Shown: piece after piece, positions 8,467 through 18,066 of the stretch
How the letters are laid out: every line of letters begins with the position of its first letter
How positions within the stretch are numbered: the stretch's first letter is position 1
Origin: an uncultured Thermoplasmata archaeon
Lineage (GTDB): Archaea; Thermoplasmatota; Thermoplasmata; RBG-16-68-12
Length of the DNA: 64,000 nucleotides
Reading direction: 5' to 3'
NCBI GenBank assembly: GCA_963768855.1
Contig: CAVYJM010000010.1
Coordinates: 96,001 to 160,000, forward strand
Translations under genes and position numbers: made by a program
Notes under the pieces: model-generated
Seen by the model: only the letters and a program-made list of their open reading frames with translations
The model's database searches: none
Told to the model about the DNA's origin: nothing

Positions 8467-10416
8467 TCACGCCGTCCCCGTGCGGACGCCCTCGTTCAGT
8501 CGCAGCGCGTGGTCCGCGCAGGACGTCGCCTCGTCGTAGCGGCCGAGCTTCGTGAGGACGTAGCCCTTGTTGACCCACGCCCCGCGGTACCCGGGGTCGA
8601 TCTCGAGAGCCCGCTCGTAGCAGGTGAGCGCCTCCTCGTAGTGTCCGAGGCGAGCGAGCGTGTTCCCCTTGTTGTTCCAGGCGACCTCGTACTTCGGGTT
8701 GACCTTGATCGCGGCGTTGAAGCAGCGCAGCGCGTCGACGAGCCGCCCCATCTTCGTGAGCGCGTTCCCCTTGTTGAGCCACGCGACCTCGTTGCGGGGG
8801 TTCAGGTCCAGGGCCTTGTCGATCGCGCGGAGGGCCTCGTCGTACCGGCCGAGCAGGACGAGGCTCGCGCCCTTCCCGTACCACGGCATCTCCTCGTCCG
8901 GCGCTCCCTTGCCGCCGAGTGCGATCGCGCGGTCGAAGTCCTTCACGGACTGCGTATAGTCCTCATGCGCAAGATGCCTCTCCGCCTTCGACAATTCCCG
9001 GTTGACGTTGAGGGCCGTGCGCCGCTGGCGCACTCCTTCGAGGGCGACGGCCGCGGGCCACGGCGTGACCGCCAGGAGCCCGAACGTCCAGGCGGCGGTC
9101 CCCGCGAACGCGAGGCCGAGCCCCACCACCGCGCCGAAGGCGATGAGCGGGATCCCGGATGCGGCCACCAACAGGTCGCGGGCCTTGGACTTCAGCAGGC
9201 GCCGCGTCGCGAGCGCGAGGGCGACCGCTCCCGAGAGCGAGAGGACGGGCGCGAGCGCCTGCGGGAACGCCGGTGCGGCCGCGCAGAGCGCCGAACCCGC
9301 GAGGAGGGCGACTGTGTCTATCCGACTCGGGCTCGATCCCCGGAGGACGGCGACTGCGATCACGTACGCCACCAGAATCGTGACCACGAACGCCGTGGCC
9401 CATCCGATGTTCGGTTCGCCGAGGAAGGCCGACAGGAAGAGACTGGCTGCCGAGGCCACCACGAATCCCCCGAGGAACTCGGACGGGAGCGGGCCGGCGG
9501 GTCGGCGCGACGGCGACTCCTTCGGTGCCACGCTCGGAGTGGGTCGAGGTTGCGAAAGGCGCAGCGTGGGAGGCGGAGGACGGTCCGCCCGCGTGCTTCC
9601 CGAGAGGGTCCGCGGCCGTGTCTTCGCCGCCGTGGGAGTCCGTTTGGCCGCCGTGTCCTTCGTGCGGATGGATGGCGCACGCATGGGTCTAAGCTGAGGA
9701 TGGGCCGAGGCGGCGGGTGCTGGCTCGGTCGGCCTGGGCCTTACGGGTCTTGTGATCTTGGCCAGTCTCGGCACCCGTCGGATCTTCGCGACGGGTATGG
9801 CCGGGGCCGGTTGGTCCAGATCCTTCAAGATGTCGTCGATCCGGTCCAGGCTGGGAGCGTCGACCGGCGGTTTCATTTGTGTATGAATCGGCGACACACC
9901 CTGCGCGGCGGGAGCGGGGACCTCGGGCGCCGGGGCGGGTTCTCCTCCGGGAGGCTCTTCGGTCCCGCCGAGCGGCTCGCCGCAGATCTCGCACTCCTTC
10001 CACACGGCCTCGTTCTCCGCTCCGCAGACCGGGCACAGAACCGTATCGAGGATGTCCTTCTCCGCCTCGGGTCCTGCGGGTTCAGACTCGAACTCGGCGG
10101 CGCACCGAGGGCACTTGGGGTCCCAGGTGGCAACGAAGCCGCCACAGTTCGTGCACAGGAACAGGAGCCCGTTCTCGCCCTTCTCGAGGACGTCGTCGAC
10201 GTTCCGATCCTGGAGCTGGTTCGGATGGCGGAAGCCCTTCTCGAACAGGGCGAGGGCCTTCTCTCGGGGAATGCCGAAGGCTCGGCAGAGGCGGACGACT
10301 GCCTCGTCGATGACGAAGGCCCCGCAGTTGTCGCACTCCGTCTCGTCCGGGGGCATCGGCTCCTGGCAGACGGGGCACAGGGCCCGGGCCGTTTTCCCGG
10401 GCATCGCCCCATCCAT
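8467..10416 (-). CDS. Membrane protein with N-terminal double zinc ribbons, Pro/Arg-rich linker, about 6 TM helices and C-terminal TPR repeats
   Basis: CPVC/CDNC, CTNC/CPRC, CPVC/CEIC pairs; hydrophobic block; repeated AWxNKGxxLxxLGRYxEAL TPR units; start may be 10407. Confidence 0.85.
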   Translation of the reverse strand: MDGAMPGKTARALCPVCQEPMPPDETECDNCGAFVIDEAVVRLCRAFGIPREKALALFEKGFRHPNQLQDRNVDDVLEKGENGLLFLCTNCGGFVATWDPKCPRCAAEFESEPAGPEAEKDILDTVLCPVCGAENEAVWKECEICGEPLGGTEEPPGGEPAPAPEVPAPAAQGVSPIHTQMKPPVDAPSLDRIDDILKDLDQPAPAIPVAKIRRVPRLAKITRPVRPRPTEPAPAASAHPQLRPMRAPSIRTKDTAAKRTPTAAKTRPRTLSGSTRADRPPPPTLRLSQPRPTPSVAPKESPSRRPAGPLPSEFLGGFVVASAASLFLSAFLGEPNIGWATAFVVTILVAYVIAVAVLRGSSPSRIDTVALLAGSALCAAAPAFPQALAPVLSLSGAVALALATRRLLKSKARDLLVAASGIPLIAFGAVVGLGLAFAGTAAWTFGLLAVTPWPAAVALEGVRQRRTALNVNRELSKAERHLAHEDYTQSVKDFDRAIALGGKGAPDEEMPWYGKGASLVLLGRYDEALRAIDKALDLNPRNEVAWLNKGNALTKMGRLVDALRCFNAAIKVNPKYEVAWNNKGNTLARLGHYEEALTCYERALEIDPGYRGAWVNKGYVLTKLGRYDEATSCADHALRLNEGVRTGTA

Positions 10417-10514
10417 CCTCGCCCTCGGGCCATAAAGCCATTGACCCGGTTGTCAGCCCCGATAACCCTCGGACGGACCGCTTAAGTAGCGCGGGCCGGT
10501 TGCTCGGGCATCCG

Positions 10515-11258
10515 ATGGCCCTGTCCCAGCTCGACTTCAGCATCGCCCTCGCCCTGGGCCTGGCTCCGGCGCTGGCCGTCCTCTACTGGTCCATCCGCCG
10601 CTACGACATCCCCTTCACCCGCTACCGGCTGTTCGACGACCGACGGCTGTTCGGCGGGTTCGCGGTCGGGCTGATCTTCGGCACGATCGCGGCGTTCGTG
10701 GAGGTCAACGCCCCGACTGGGCTGGCGGGGACCGTGGTCGCCCTGGCTGCGTTCTTCCTGTTCGAGGAGACGTTCAAGACCGTCTGGCTGAACCGCCGTG
10801 CCTACCGGGGGCGGTTCGACACCACCTTCTACGGCGTCGCGGTCGGCGTCGGCGTGGCCGGCACGCTGGCCGTGGCGAGCGTCCTTGCGAGCGTCGCCGG
10901 CTCGCCGACATCCCCGTATACGATGGACAGCCTGCTCCTCCTTGGCCTATTCTCCGTGAGTTGGAGCCTCATCCATGCGGACACGGGCGTGCTCATCGGG
11001 TTCGGCGCCTCGCGGGGAGAGACGCTCTGGCCGCTTCTGAAGGCCCTCGGCGTGCGCTACGCCCACGGAGCCATCCTCTTGGCCTTCTTCATTGGAGTGG
11101 ACGAGCCGTGGAGCCTGATCGCGGTCGCCACCTCGATCGTGTTCGCCGCGGTGCTGTACCATTACGTCTATTCGATCCTGTTGCCCGCCACGCTCCCCGA
11201 CGACATCCGGCGGGACATGCAGCGGGAGAAGCGCCGGGCGCGGCGCGCTAAAGCCTGA
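10515..11258 (+). CDS. PrsW-like intramembrane metalloprotease family protein
   Basis: Multi-TM; FEETFK (EExxK), SLIHADTG and YAHG histidines; second PrsW motif appears degenerate. Confidence 0.55.
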   Translation: MALSQLDFSIALALGLAPALAVLYWSIRRYDIPFTRYRLFDDRRLFGGFAVGLIFGTIAAFVEVNAPTGLAGTVVALAAFFLFEETFKTVWLNRRAYRGRFDTTFYGVAVGVGVAGTLAVASVLASVAGSPTSPYTMDSLLLLGLFSVSWSLIHADTGVLIGFGASRGETLWPLLKALGVRYAHGAILLAFFIGVDEPWSLIAVATSIVFAAVLYHYVYSILLPATLPDDIRRDMQREKRRARRAKA

Positions 11259-11724
11259 GGTCCACGACGCGGTAGAACCCGGGCTTGGGTTCGAACACCA
11301 CGTTCGCTTCGAGGAGGACCGCGAGCGCGCCATCGGCGTCCGCCAGGCCGAGTCCGTCGAGGACCTGCATCCAGTCCTCGCGCGAGAACAGCTCCAGTTC
11401 GTTCGTCAGCTCGACCGCCGCGGCCCGCACCCTCGACGCGCGGTCCCCCTGCCTCGGAAGGGCCGCGATGATCCGGGCATGGACCTCTCGCGGCCGCGTC
11501 TTCTTCCGCGGCGCGAAGGCTTTCTCCACTTCACGGGCGCCCCCCGCAAGCTCGGCGTTCACTTGGCCCACGAGGGGCGCGAGCTCCCGCGCTGTCTCGG
11601 CTCGTCCCCGGACTCGGGAGGGGACCACCCGGATCTCGAACCCGCAGGAGCACGTGGTGGTCTTCTGCTTCAAGTCGACGCCCTTCGCCTTCCTGCATCG
11701 GGGACACACGACGACGCCGTACAT
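11248..11724 (-). CDS. Zinc-ribbon protein (DUF1922/DUF5817-like) with C-terminal helical domain
   Basis: MYGVVVCPRCRKAKGVDLKQKTTTCSCGF. Confidence 0.7.
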   Translation of the reverse strand: MYGVVVCPRCRKAKGVDLKQKTTTCSCGFEIRVVPSRVRGRAETARELAPLVGQVNAELAGGAREVEKAFAPRKKTRPREVHARIIAALPRQGDRASRVRAAAVELTNELELFSREDWMQVLDGLGLADADGALAVLLEANVVFEPKPGFYRVVDLRL

Positions 11725-11728
11725 GGGC

Positions 11729-12196
11729 TCAGAGCATGAAGACGACCGCGGCAAGGCAGGCGCCGTAGTGGTCCATCGGCGTGCTGAGCTCCTCGATCTT
11801 GTACTCGAGGCGGCGGAACTTGATTCCGCGCATTTTTGCCATCTCGCCCATCTTCCACTCGAGGACCTCTTGGAGGGACTTCTTCGTGCCATGCATGTGG
11901 CCCTCCGCGACGTAGCCGCCCAGTCCGTCGTCGCGGAAGCCGTAGGCGATGCCCGCGGAGATCGTCTCGCCCTCGCCTCCGCGTTGCTGCGCGAGGACGC
12001 AGAACGTGATCGCGCCCATGGGGAGGTCGCGGTGCCGGACCTGTCGGATCCCGACCGGCAGGACGGAGGAGACGGAGACGATGTTCTGCTCGGACAGGCC
12101 TGCGTTCTGGAGGGCCTCATCGAACGCGTTCAGGTCGGAAACCTTGGAAACGGCTTTCCCCGAGGTGACAAAGAACTTCGTTGGGACCGGCAACAT
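11729..12196 (-). CDS. pdaD: Pyruvoyl-dependent arginine decarboxylase
   Basis: LNAFDEALQNAGLSEQNIVSVSSVLP (SS self-cleavage site), ISAGIAYG, GYVAE. Confidence 0.9.
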   Translation of the reverse strand: MLPVPTKFFVTSGKAVSKVSDLNAFDEALQNAGLSEQNIVSVSSVLPVGIRQVRHRDLPMGAITFCVLAQQRGGEGETISAGIAYGFRDDGLGGYVAEGHMHGTKKSLQEVLEWKMGEMAKMRGIKFRRLEYKIEELSTPMDHYGACLAAVVFML

Positions 12197-12313
12197 GGTG
12201 CTCTGCGGACGCGGCACATCACTGCGCGCGGCTTAAGCGTTTGCAGGGAGGCGACGAAACGAACCGAGTCTCGGAGCCACCATTTTTATCCACGATTCCA
12301 TATTTATGATGAC

Positions 12314-12841
12314 CTACGCGGATGCGCCCGTTGGATCCGACGGCTCCGCTAGGGAGCGGACCATGCTGTAGGCGTCCTCGCCCCAGGAGTAGTAGCCGTA
12401 GAGGACGCCATCCGTTCGGTAGCCGAGGCCGCGGTAGAACTCGATGGCGCCGTAGTTCTGTGTGCTGACCTCAAGCCGCACTCGGAGGCAGGCGCGTTTC
12501 CGGGCCTCCGCCTCCGCGGCCTGCATCATCACTGTCCCGAGGCCGTGTCGGCGGTGCTCGGGCATCGTGGCGATCGAGAGCACGCGGCAGAACTGGCCCT
12601 CGAAGAGGAGCATGATCGCCCCGTCCAGCCGACCGCCGTCCGCTTCCTTGACGAAGGTCATGGCGCGCTCGTTCCGTAGGATCCAGTCCACATGGTCCCG
12701 CCGGAAGCGGCGCTCCTTGAAGCAGGCGACTTCGATATTGTAGATGGCCTCGAGGTCGTGAGGGGTTGCGCGTCGCAGCAAGGCGGAGATTGAGCGCAAG
12801 GATGGTTCATGTCCTTTTCCCTCCTCTTGGGGGGATACCAC
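12314..12841 (-). CDS. GNAT acetyltransferase, RimI-like
   Basis: LRRATPHDLEAIYNIE, RVLSIAT, HRRHGLGT, LEVSTQNYGAIEFYRGLGY, YYSWGEDAYSM; start uncertain (GTG 12841 or TTG 12799). Confidence 0.85.
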   Translation of the reverse strand: MVSPQEEGKGHEPSLRSISALLRRATPHDLEAIYNIEVACFKERRFRRDHVDWILRNERAMTFVKEADGGRLDGAIMLLFEGQFCRVLSIATMPEHRRHGLGTVMMQAAEAEARKRACLRVRLEVSTQNYGAIEFYRGLGYRTDGVLYGYYSWGEDAYSMVRSLAEPSDPTGASA

Positions 12842-12920
12842 CTTCCCCGGGAAGCGCGCCTTGATGGAGACGGTGCGCCCGCGAAAGGATAATCTAGAGC
12901 CACCGGAATGGCCGAGGCCC

Positions 12921-14210
12921 ATGGTGGCCATCGCGGAGATCCTGCACGGCAAGCACACGGGTGCGCCCGTCGAGCTGAAAGGCTGGATCTACCGCACGCG
13001 GACGATGGGCGGCAAGGCGTTCGTCGTCGTGCGGGACGCCACCGGCGTGATCCAGACCACGATTGCGAAAGACAAGGTGTCCGCCGAGTCCTTTGCCGCC
13101 GCGGAGAAGGCCCTCATCGAATCCGCGGTCGTCGTGAAGGGCGCCGTGGTCGCAGACAAGCGCGCCCCGGGCGGCTTCGAGATCCGCGCAACGGACTTCC
13201 ACGTCGTCCACTTCGCGGAGAAGTATCCGATCCAGGAGGATCAGAGCGAAGAATTCCTCCTCGACGTCCGCCACCTCTGGGTCCGCTCCCAGAGGATGAC
13301 AACGATTTTCCGGATTCGGGACGCCACGTTCAAGGCCGTCCACGACTACTTCCGCGGACAGGGGTTCTGGGAGATCTCCCCGCCGATGATCACGCCCGCG
13401 GGGAGCGAAGGCGGTTCGACGCTCTTCGAGGTCGAGTACTTCGGAAAAAAGGCGTACCTGACCCAGTCTTGGCAACTGTACGCGGAGGCGCTCGTCCTCG
13501 CGATGGAGAAGATCTACTACATCGGCCCCTCGTTCCGCGCGGAGAAGTCTCGTACGACGCGCCACCTCACGGAATTCTGGCACGCGGAGATGGAGCAGGC
13601 CTGGGTCGGCATGGACGAGGTCCTCAAGCACGCGGAGGGCGTGATCTCGCACGCCTGTCAGATCGTCGCCGAGGAGCGACCGGACGACGTCGTCGCGATG
13701 GGCCGCACGCCCGAATTCCTCAAGGCGGTCAAGCCCCCCTTCGAGCACATCACGTACGACGACGCCATCAAGGTGCTCAAGTCCAAGGGGATCGAGATCG
13801 AGTGGGGCAAAGACCTCCGGACCCTCGAGGAGCGCGCGCTCACCGAGGGCAAGACGAAGCCGGTCGTCGTGACGCACTACCCGCGGATGTCCCAGGCGTT
13901 CTACAAGGCCAGGGACCCGAAGCATCCCGATCTCGTGCTGGGCTTCGACGTCATCGCGGGGGACGGCGTCGGCGAGGTCGTCGGCGGGAGCGAGAGGGAG
14001 ACGGACCTCGAGGTGATCAAGAAGTCCCTCCTCGAGCAGGGGGAGGATCCGAAATCGTACGACTGGTATCTCGACTCCCGCCGGTACGGGAGCGTCCAGC
14101 ATGCAGGATTCGGGATGGGCATGGAGCGCCTCATCCAGTGGATCTGCAAGCTCGAGCACATCCGCGACGCGGTCCCCTTCCCACGGACGCCTGCGCGGTC
14201 CTATCCCTGA
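12921..14210 (+). CDS. asnS: Asparagine--tRNA ligase
   Basis: OB-fold N-terminus; motif 2 SFRAEKSRTTRHLTEF; GGSERE; motif 3 HAGFGMGMER. Confidence 0.9.
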   Translation: MVAIAEILHGKHTGAPVELKGWIYRTRTMGGKAFVVVRDATGVIQTTIAKDKVSAESFAAAEKALIESAVVVKGAVVADKRAPGGFEIRATDFHVVHFAEKYPIQEDQSEEFLLDVRHLWVRSQRMTTIFRIRDATFKAVHDYFRGQGFWEISPPMITPAGSEGGSTLFEVEYFGKKAYLTQSWQLYAEALVLAMEKIYYIGPSFRAEKSRTTRHLTEFWHAEMEQAWVGMDEVLKHAEGVISHACQIVAEERPDDVVAMGRTPEFLKAVKPPFEHITYDDAIKVLKSKGIEIEWGKDLRTLEERALTEGKTKPVVVTHYPRMSQAFYKARDPKHPDLVLGFDVIAGDGVGEVVGGSERETDLEVIKKSLLEQGEDPKSYDWYLDSRRYGSVQHAGFGMGMERLIQWICKLEHIRDAVPFPRTPARSYP

Positions 14211-14249
14211 ACGGACACCCTTTTACGCCCGCGGGGGTTGCATCGTCAC

Positions 14250-14747
14250 ATGGCCGGGGACGTGGACCCCTTCAAGCCCCTCCTCGACGACCACGAGGAG
14301 TTCCTCGAGAAGCTGAATGAGCTCGAGGCGGTCCTCGACGAGATGATGCACACCCGCGAGGCGAGCGAAGGCAACCGGGAGCTCCTGGACGAGTCGCTCC
14401 GGTTCTTCCAGGACGAGCTCCTGCCGCACCTCCGTCGGGAGGACGAGATCGTCCTGCCGCCGCTCGAGGCGGTGATCGGTCGTTACGGAACCCTCGTGAA
14501 CGTCGTCGCGTACGAGCACGAAGAGATCCGCCGGGAGGTCGCGAAGTTCCGGGAGGCGCGGGGGCAGCTCGACGCCTCGAAGGACCCGTGGCCCGCGATC
14601 CAGGAGCTGAACCGCCACGGGGTCTTCACGATCCAGTTCCTGTGGGACCACTTCCGGAAGGAGAAGATGAGCCTCTTCCCGACCGCGCGGACCGCCCTGA
14701 AGACGGACCGGCTCGACGCAATCCGTCAGGGGCTCGCTCAGCGCTGA
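14250..14747 (+). CDS. Hemerythrin-like (HHE cation-binding) domain protein
   Basis: DDHEEF, HLRREDEIVLP, YEHEEIR, DHFRKEKMSLFP pattern. Confidence 0.85.
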   Translation: MAGDVDPFKPLLDDHEEFLEKLNELEAVLDEMMHTREASEGNRELLDESLRFFQDELLPHLRREDEIVLPPLEAVIGRYGTLVNVVAYEHEEIRREVAKFREARGQLDASKDPWPAIQELNRHGVFTIQFLWDHFRKEKMSLFPTARTALKTDRLDAIRQGLAQR

Positions 14748-15184
14748 CCTCTCGCGGCGCGAATCGCCTCAGCCAAGCGGTCGAGCTCATTGCGCTTGGG
14801 CATGGTGCCGTAGCGGGGGCCCATCCGGAGCCCTACGCCGTCCCCCGCGTACCGCGGATACACGTGCAGGTGGACATGGAAGATTTCCTGGCCCGCGACC
14901 TCTTCGTCGGCCAGATGGATGTTCACGCCTTCGGCCTTCACGCCACTTCGGCGGAGCGCCCCGGCGAGCTCCCTCGCCATCTCGAACAGGCGCCCGCCCT
15001 CGCCCGCGGGCAGGTCGCTGAGGTGGGCGGCGTGGGCCTTCGGGATCACGAGGAGATGTCCCGGATTGATCGGTCGGATGTCGAGGAAGGCGAGCGTGGA
15101 TTCGTCCTCGCACACGATGCTGGCCGGTAGTTCATGACGAACGATCTTGCAGAAGATGCAGGTCGCATCGGCTTGCACCGTCAT
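14738..15184 (-). CDS. HIT family hydrolase
   Basis: CIFCKI, FLDIRPINPGHLLVIPKAH, HVHLHVYPR. Confidence 0.93.
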   Translation of the reverse strand: MTVQADATCIFCKIVRHELPASIVCEDESTLAFLDIRPINPGHLLVIPKAHAAHLSDLPAGEGGRLFEMARELAGALRRSGVKAEGVNIHLADEEVAGQEIFHVHLHVYPRYAGDGVGLRMGPRYGTMPKRNELDRLAEAIRAARGQR

Positions 15185-15250
15185 GATTCTCGCGAAGAAG
15201 GCGCACGCCTTCAACCTTTTGCGTGGCAGGTCCCGCGAGATGCGACGACC

Positions 15251-16414
15251 CTACGCGCGTTTCGTGGAGGGCCCCAGGACGTGTTCCGCGATCACGAGCT
15301 TCTGGATTTCGTTGGTCCCCTCGTAGAGGCCCAGGATCCGCGCGTCACGGAAGTACCGCTCGACGTCGAACTCGCCACTGAAGCCATAGCCGCCGTGGAC
15401 CTGGACGGCCCAGTCCGTGACCCGCTGGGCCATCTGGGCCCCGAACAGTTTCGCCATGGAGACCTCGACCGTGTTGTCCTGGCCCAGGTCACGCAAGTGC
15501 GCGGCGCGCAGGGTGAGGAGCCGAGCCGCATCGATTTCCACCGCCGACTGGGCGATCATTTCCCGGATGAGCTGGAAGTCCCCGATTGGACGGCCGAACG
15601 CCTTCCGCTCCTTCACGTACTTCGTGGCGGCCTCCAGGGCGGCCCGCGCCACGCCCACGGCGCCCGCGGCGATCCCGATCCGACCACTGTTCAGGGTCTT
15701 CATCGCCTGGCTCCACCCGTCGCCTTCCTTCCCGAGCAGGTTCTCCTTCGGGATTCGGCAGTCCTCGAAGGCGAGGTCCGCGGTCGGGCTCGCACGGAGG
15801 CCGAGCTTCGTCTTGGACTCGACGTGGGTGACCTTGAAACCCGGCGTGCCCTTCGGCACGAGGAAGAGGCTCAGCCCCTCGTGCCGCTTCGAGCCGGGCT
15901 TCCGCGCGTACACCTGGACGTAGTCCGCGATGCTCCCATTCGAGATGAACCGCTTCTGCCCGTTCAGGACGATCTCATCACCCTCGTCCTGATACGTCGT
16001 GGACAGGTTCGCGGCGTCGCTGCCCGCTTCGGGTTCGGTCAAGGCCCACGCGCCGAGCTTCTCCCCCTTCGCGAGTGGCACGAGCCATCGCTGCTTCTGC
16101 GCCTCGTCCCCGAACCAAATCAGGGACGTCTCAGACAGGGACGTTTGCACGCTGACCGTCGTCCGCACGGACGAGGACCCGCGACTGATCTCTTCCACGA
16201 GGAGCATGAACGAGACGTAGTCCATGCCCGCGCCGCCGTACGTCTCTGGGACCGGCGCCCCGAGGAATCCAAGCTCCGCCATCTTGCCGTAGAAGGAGCG
16301 CGGGATCTCGCCCTTCTCCTCCCACTCCCGGTTGTGGGGGAGGATCTCCCGGTCGACGAAGTCCTTCGCGGTCTGCTGGACGAGTTTCTGCTCCTCGGTG
16401 AGTCGGAAGTCCAT
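15251..16414 (-). CDS. Acyl-CoA dehydrogenase
   Basis: WALTEPEAGSDA, LNGQKRFISNG, KLGLRASPT, RIGIAAGAVG, YEGTNEIQKLVIA. Confidence 0.95.
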   Translation of the reverse strand: MDFRLTEEQKLVQQTAKDFVDREILPHNREWEEKGEIPRSFYGKMAELGFLGAPVPETYGGAGMDYVSFMLLVEEISRGSSSVRTTVSVQTSLSETSLIWFGDEAQKQRWLVPLAKGEKLGAWALTEPEAGSDAANLSTTYQDEGDEIVLNGQKRFISNGSIADYVQVYARKPGSKRHEGLSLFLVPKGTPGFKVTHVESKTKLGLRASPTADLAFEDCRIPKENLLGKEGDGWSQAMKTLNSGRIGIAAGAVGVARAALEAATKYVKERKAFGRPIGDFQLIREMIAQSAVEIDAARLLTLRAAHLRDLGQDNTVEVSMAKLFGAQMAQRVTDWAVQVHGGYGFSGEFDVERYFRDARILGLYEGTNEIQKLVIAEHVLGPSTKRA

Positions 16415-16492
16415 GGTTCCGCCCCTTCCTGCGGCCAAACGAGGGGGTACCCTTAAAGGTTGGGCACGGACCCGACTCGCTCGGTGTTCGGA

Positions 16493-17059
16493 CTACCGGT
16501 GGCGGGTCTCGAGCCACGTGAGGGCGAGGGCGATCCCGCCTGCGAGGTATCCGAGGAGCGCGACGCCCATCAACGCGGCGATCGGGATGGTCGCTGGCCC
16601 GAGGAAATTCGTGTGGACGTAGAGGACGTCATGTCCGCCCCCTCCAACGTTTGTCGGAAGGTAGGCAGCTCCGGCCTGGAACCCCTCGTAAGTCATGAGC
16701 AGGGACGCCGCCGCGGCCCCGACGCCTCCGAGGATCAAGTGAATCCATGCGGCCCAGTTCTTCCAGCCCTGGAGAGGGGCTTCCAGCGTCACCTCAAGCT
16801 GCTGGTAAAACAGGGCACTGAACCCGAGGCCCGCGACGCCGACCAAGAGATAGGAAAGGATGCCCATCACGAACCAGGTGCCCGGTCCGCCTTCTGCGAC
16901 GATTCGGGACGACGCCGGGCCGAGCGCGTAGTTCGGCGGTGTGAGGCCCGCCAGCACGTTCCCAAGGAGAAGCACCGCGATGACGAGCCACGCGATCCCT
17001 CCCAGGATGAACGTCCCGGTCGTGAAACGAATCGCCCAGGGACTCCTCGTCGTTGCCAT
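16493..17059 (-). CDS. 4-TM membrane protein, paralog B; resembles a single four-helix unit of heme-copper oxidase subunit I
   Basis: Shares WxxRF, IVAxGxxGTWF, SALFYxxLEV, AWxHLxLG, VHxxxLGP with the upstream paralog. Confidence 0.75.
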   Translation of the reverse strand: MATTRSPWAIRFTTGTFILGGIAWLVIAVLLLGNVLAGLTPPNYALGPASSRIVAEGGPGTWFVMGILSYLLVGVAGLGFSALFYQQLEVTLEAPLQGWKNWAAWIHLILGGVGAAAASLLMTYEGFQAGAAYLPTNVGGGGHDVLYVHTNFLGPATIPIAALMGVALLGYLAGGIALALTWLETRHR

Positions 17060-17190
17060 CGCAACCCCGCCGAAGCGAACCGCCGACGCGCTTTAAGGAT
17101 TGCTCCGCGATTCTGCGATTTGGGCACTTGAGAGGTGCCGCGCGTGTCAAACCGGCGCGGCGCACGCGGTTCCTTGCCCAGGGTGCGGTT

Positions 17191-17757
17191 TCAGGGAAGC
17201 GGTGGGGCCACACCGGATTTCGAACGGAACTGGATGGCGTACCCGATCCCGCCAAGGAGGGGGCCGAGGGAGCCGACGATGAACAGGGTCGAGATGATTG
17301 GAACGAGAGGCCCCAGAATCTGGTCGTGGACGCACTGCGGGATCTCCTGCGGCGGCGCACAGCTTAGGGTCGGAGCGAACAACTGGGCTCCGCCGACGTA
17401 ACCGCCGTACATTAGGAGTCCGAGGGCCGCCCCGATGACGACGTTCCCGAGGAGCAGATGGCCCCACGCCAGGTACTGGAGCCCGCCCTCGTACGGCTTT
17501 CGCATGACGACCTCAAGGTAATGGTAGAACAGGGCGCTGAGCCCGGAGCCGATCACTGGCACGATCAGGTATCCCAGGTACCCAACCGTGAACCAGGTGC
17601 CCGCGGAACCCTGGGCCACAATGTTCTCAGGGGACACGAAGCCGGAGAAGGGGAAGTCCGCGTACAGCAGAATCTCCGTGAGGACGAACATGATCGCCCC
17701 CTGGATCAGGGCCACGCCGATGAACCGCCGGGCCCATACGCTTCCAGACCCCTCCAT
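17191..17757 (-). CDS. 4-TM membrane protein, paralog A; resembles a single four-helix unit of heme-copper oxidase subunit I
   Basis: MEGSGSVWARRF...GTWFTVGYLGYLIV...SALFYHYLEV...LAWGHLLLGNV...VHDQILGP. Confidence 0.75.
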   Translation of the reverse strand: MEGSGSVWARRFIGVALIQGAIMFVLTEILLYADFPFSGFVSPENIVAQGSAGTWFTVGYLGYLIVPVIGSGLSALFYHYLEVVMRKPYEGGLQYLAWGHLLLGNVVIGAALGLLMYGGYVGGAQLFAPTLSCAPPQEIPQCVHDQILGPLVPIISTLFIVGSLGPLLGGIGYAIQFRSKSGVAPPLP

Positions 17758-17877
17758 GGTAGACCTCAGCGGGCCAACGGTCCTCGATGGCAAAAAGCTT
17801 CCCGTACCCGGGCCCGGATGTGCGACGCCCGATGGCGCGGGTCCTCGTTGGCGTGGCTCTCTGGCCTCCGCCGCGCC

Positions 17878-18066
17878 TCAGAACGGAAGCGGACCCGCCT
17901 CGTCCGTCGGTCGGATGATCCACCGGTGTCCCCGCTGGGTGATTACGATGCTGCCGCAGGTGGTGCACCGATAGAACAACGCGCCCTCGTCGTGCCCGAG
18001 CTCTTCGATGCTGTCGTGAAGACACGTCCCGGGATCGACGGGGACCTCGATGAGAATCGAGGACAC
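17878..18066 (-). CDS. Small putative zinc-binding protein (62 aa; CxH...CxxC)
   Basis: GTG start with GGAG upstream; TCLH and CTTCG motifs. Confidence 0.6.
   Translation of the reverse strand: MSSILIEVPVDPGTCLHDSIEELGHDEGALFYRCTTCGSIVITQRGHRWIIRPTDEAGPLPF

Noticed and set aside
12799-12830. GAGGAGGG followed by an ATG (12810) out of frame with the RimI-like gene, suggesting a programmed frameshift
   Set aside because: An in-frame GTG at 12841 (with GGGGAAG upstream) or TTG at 12799 explains the gene without recoding
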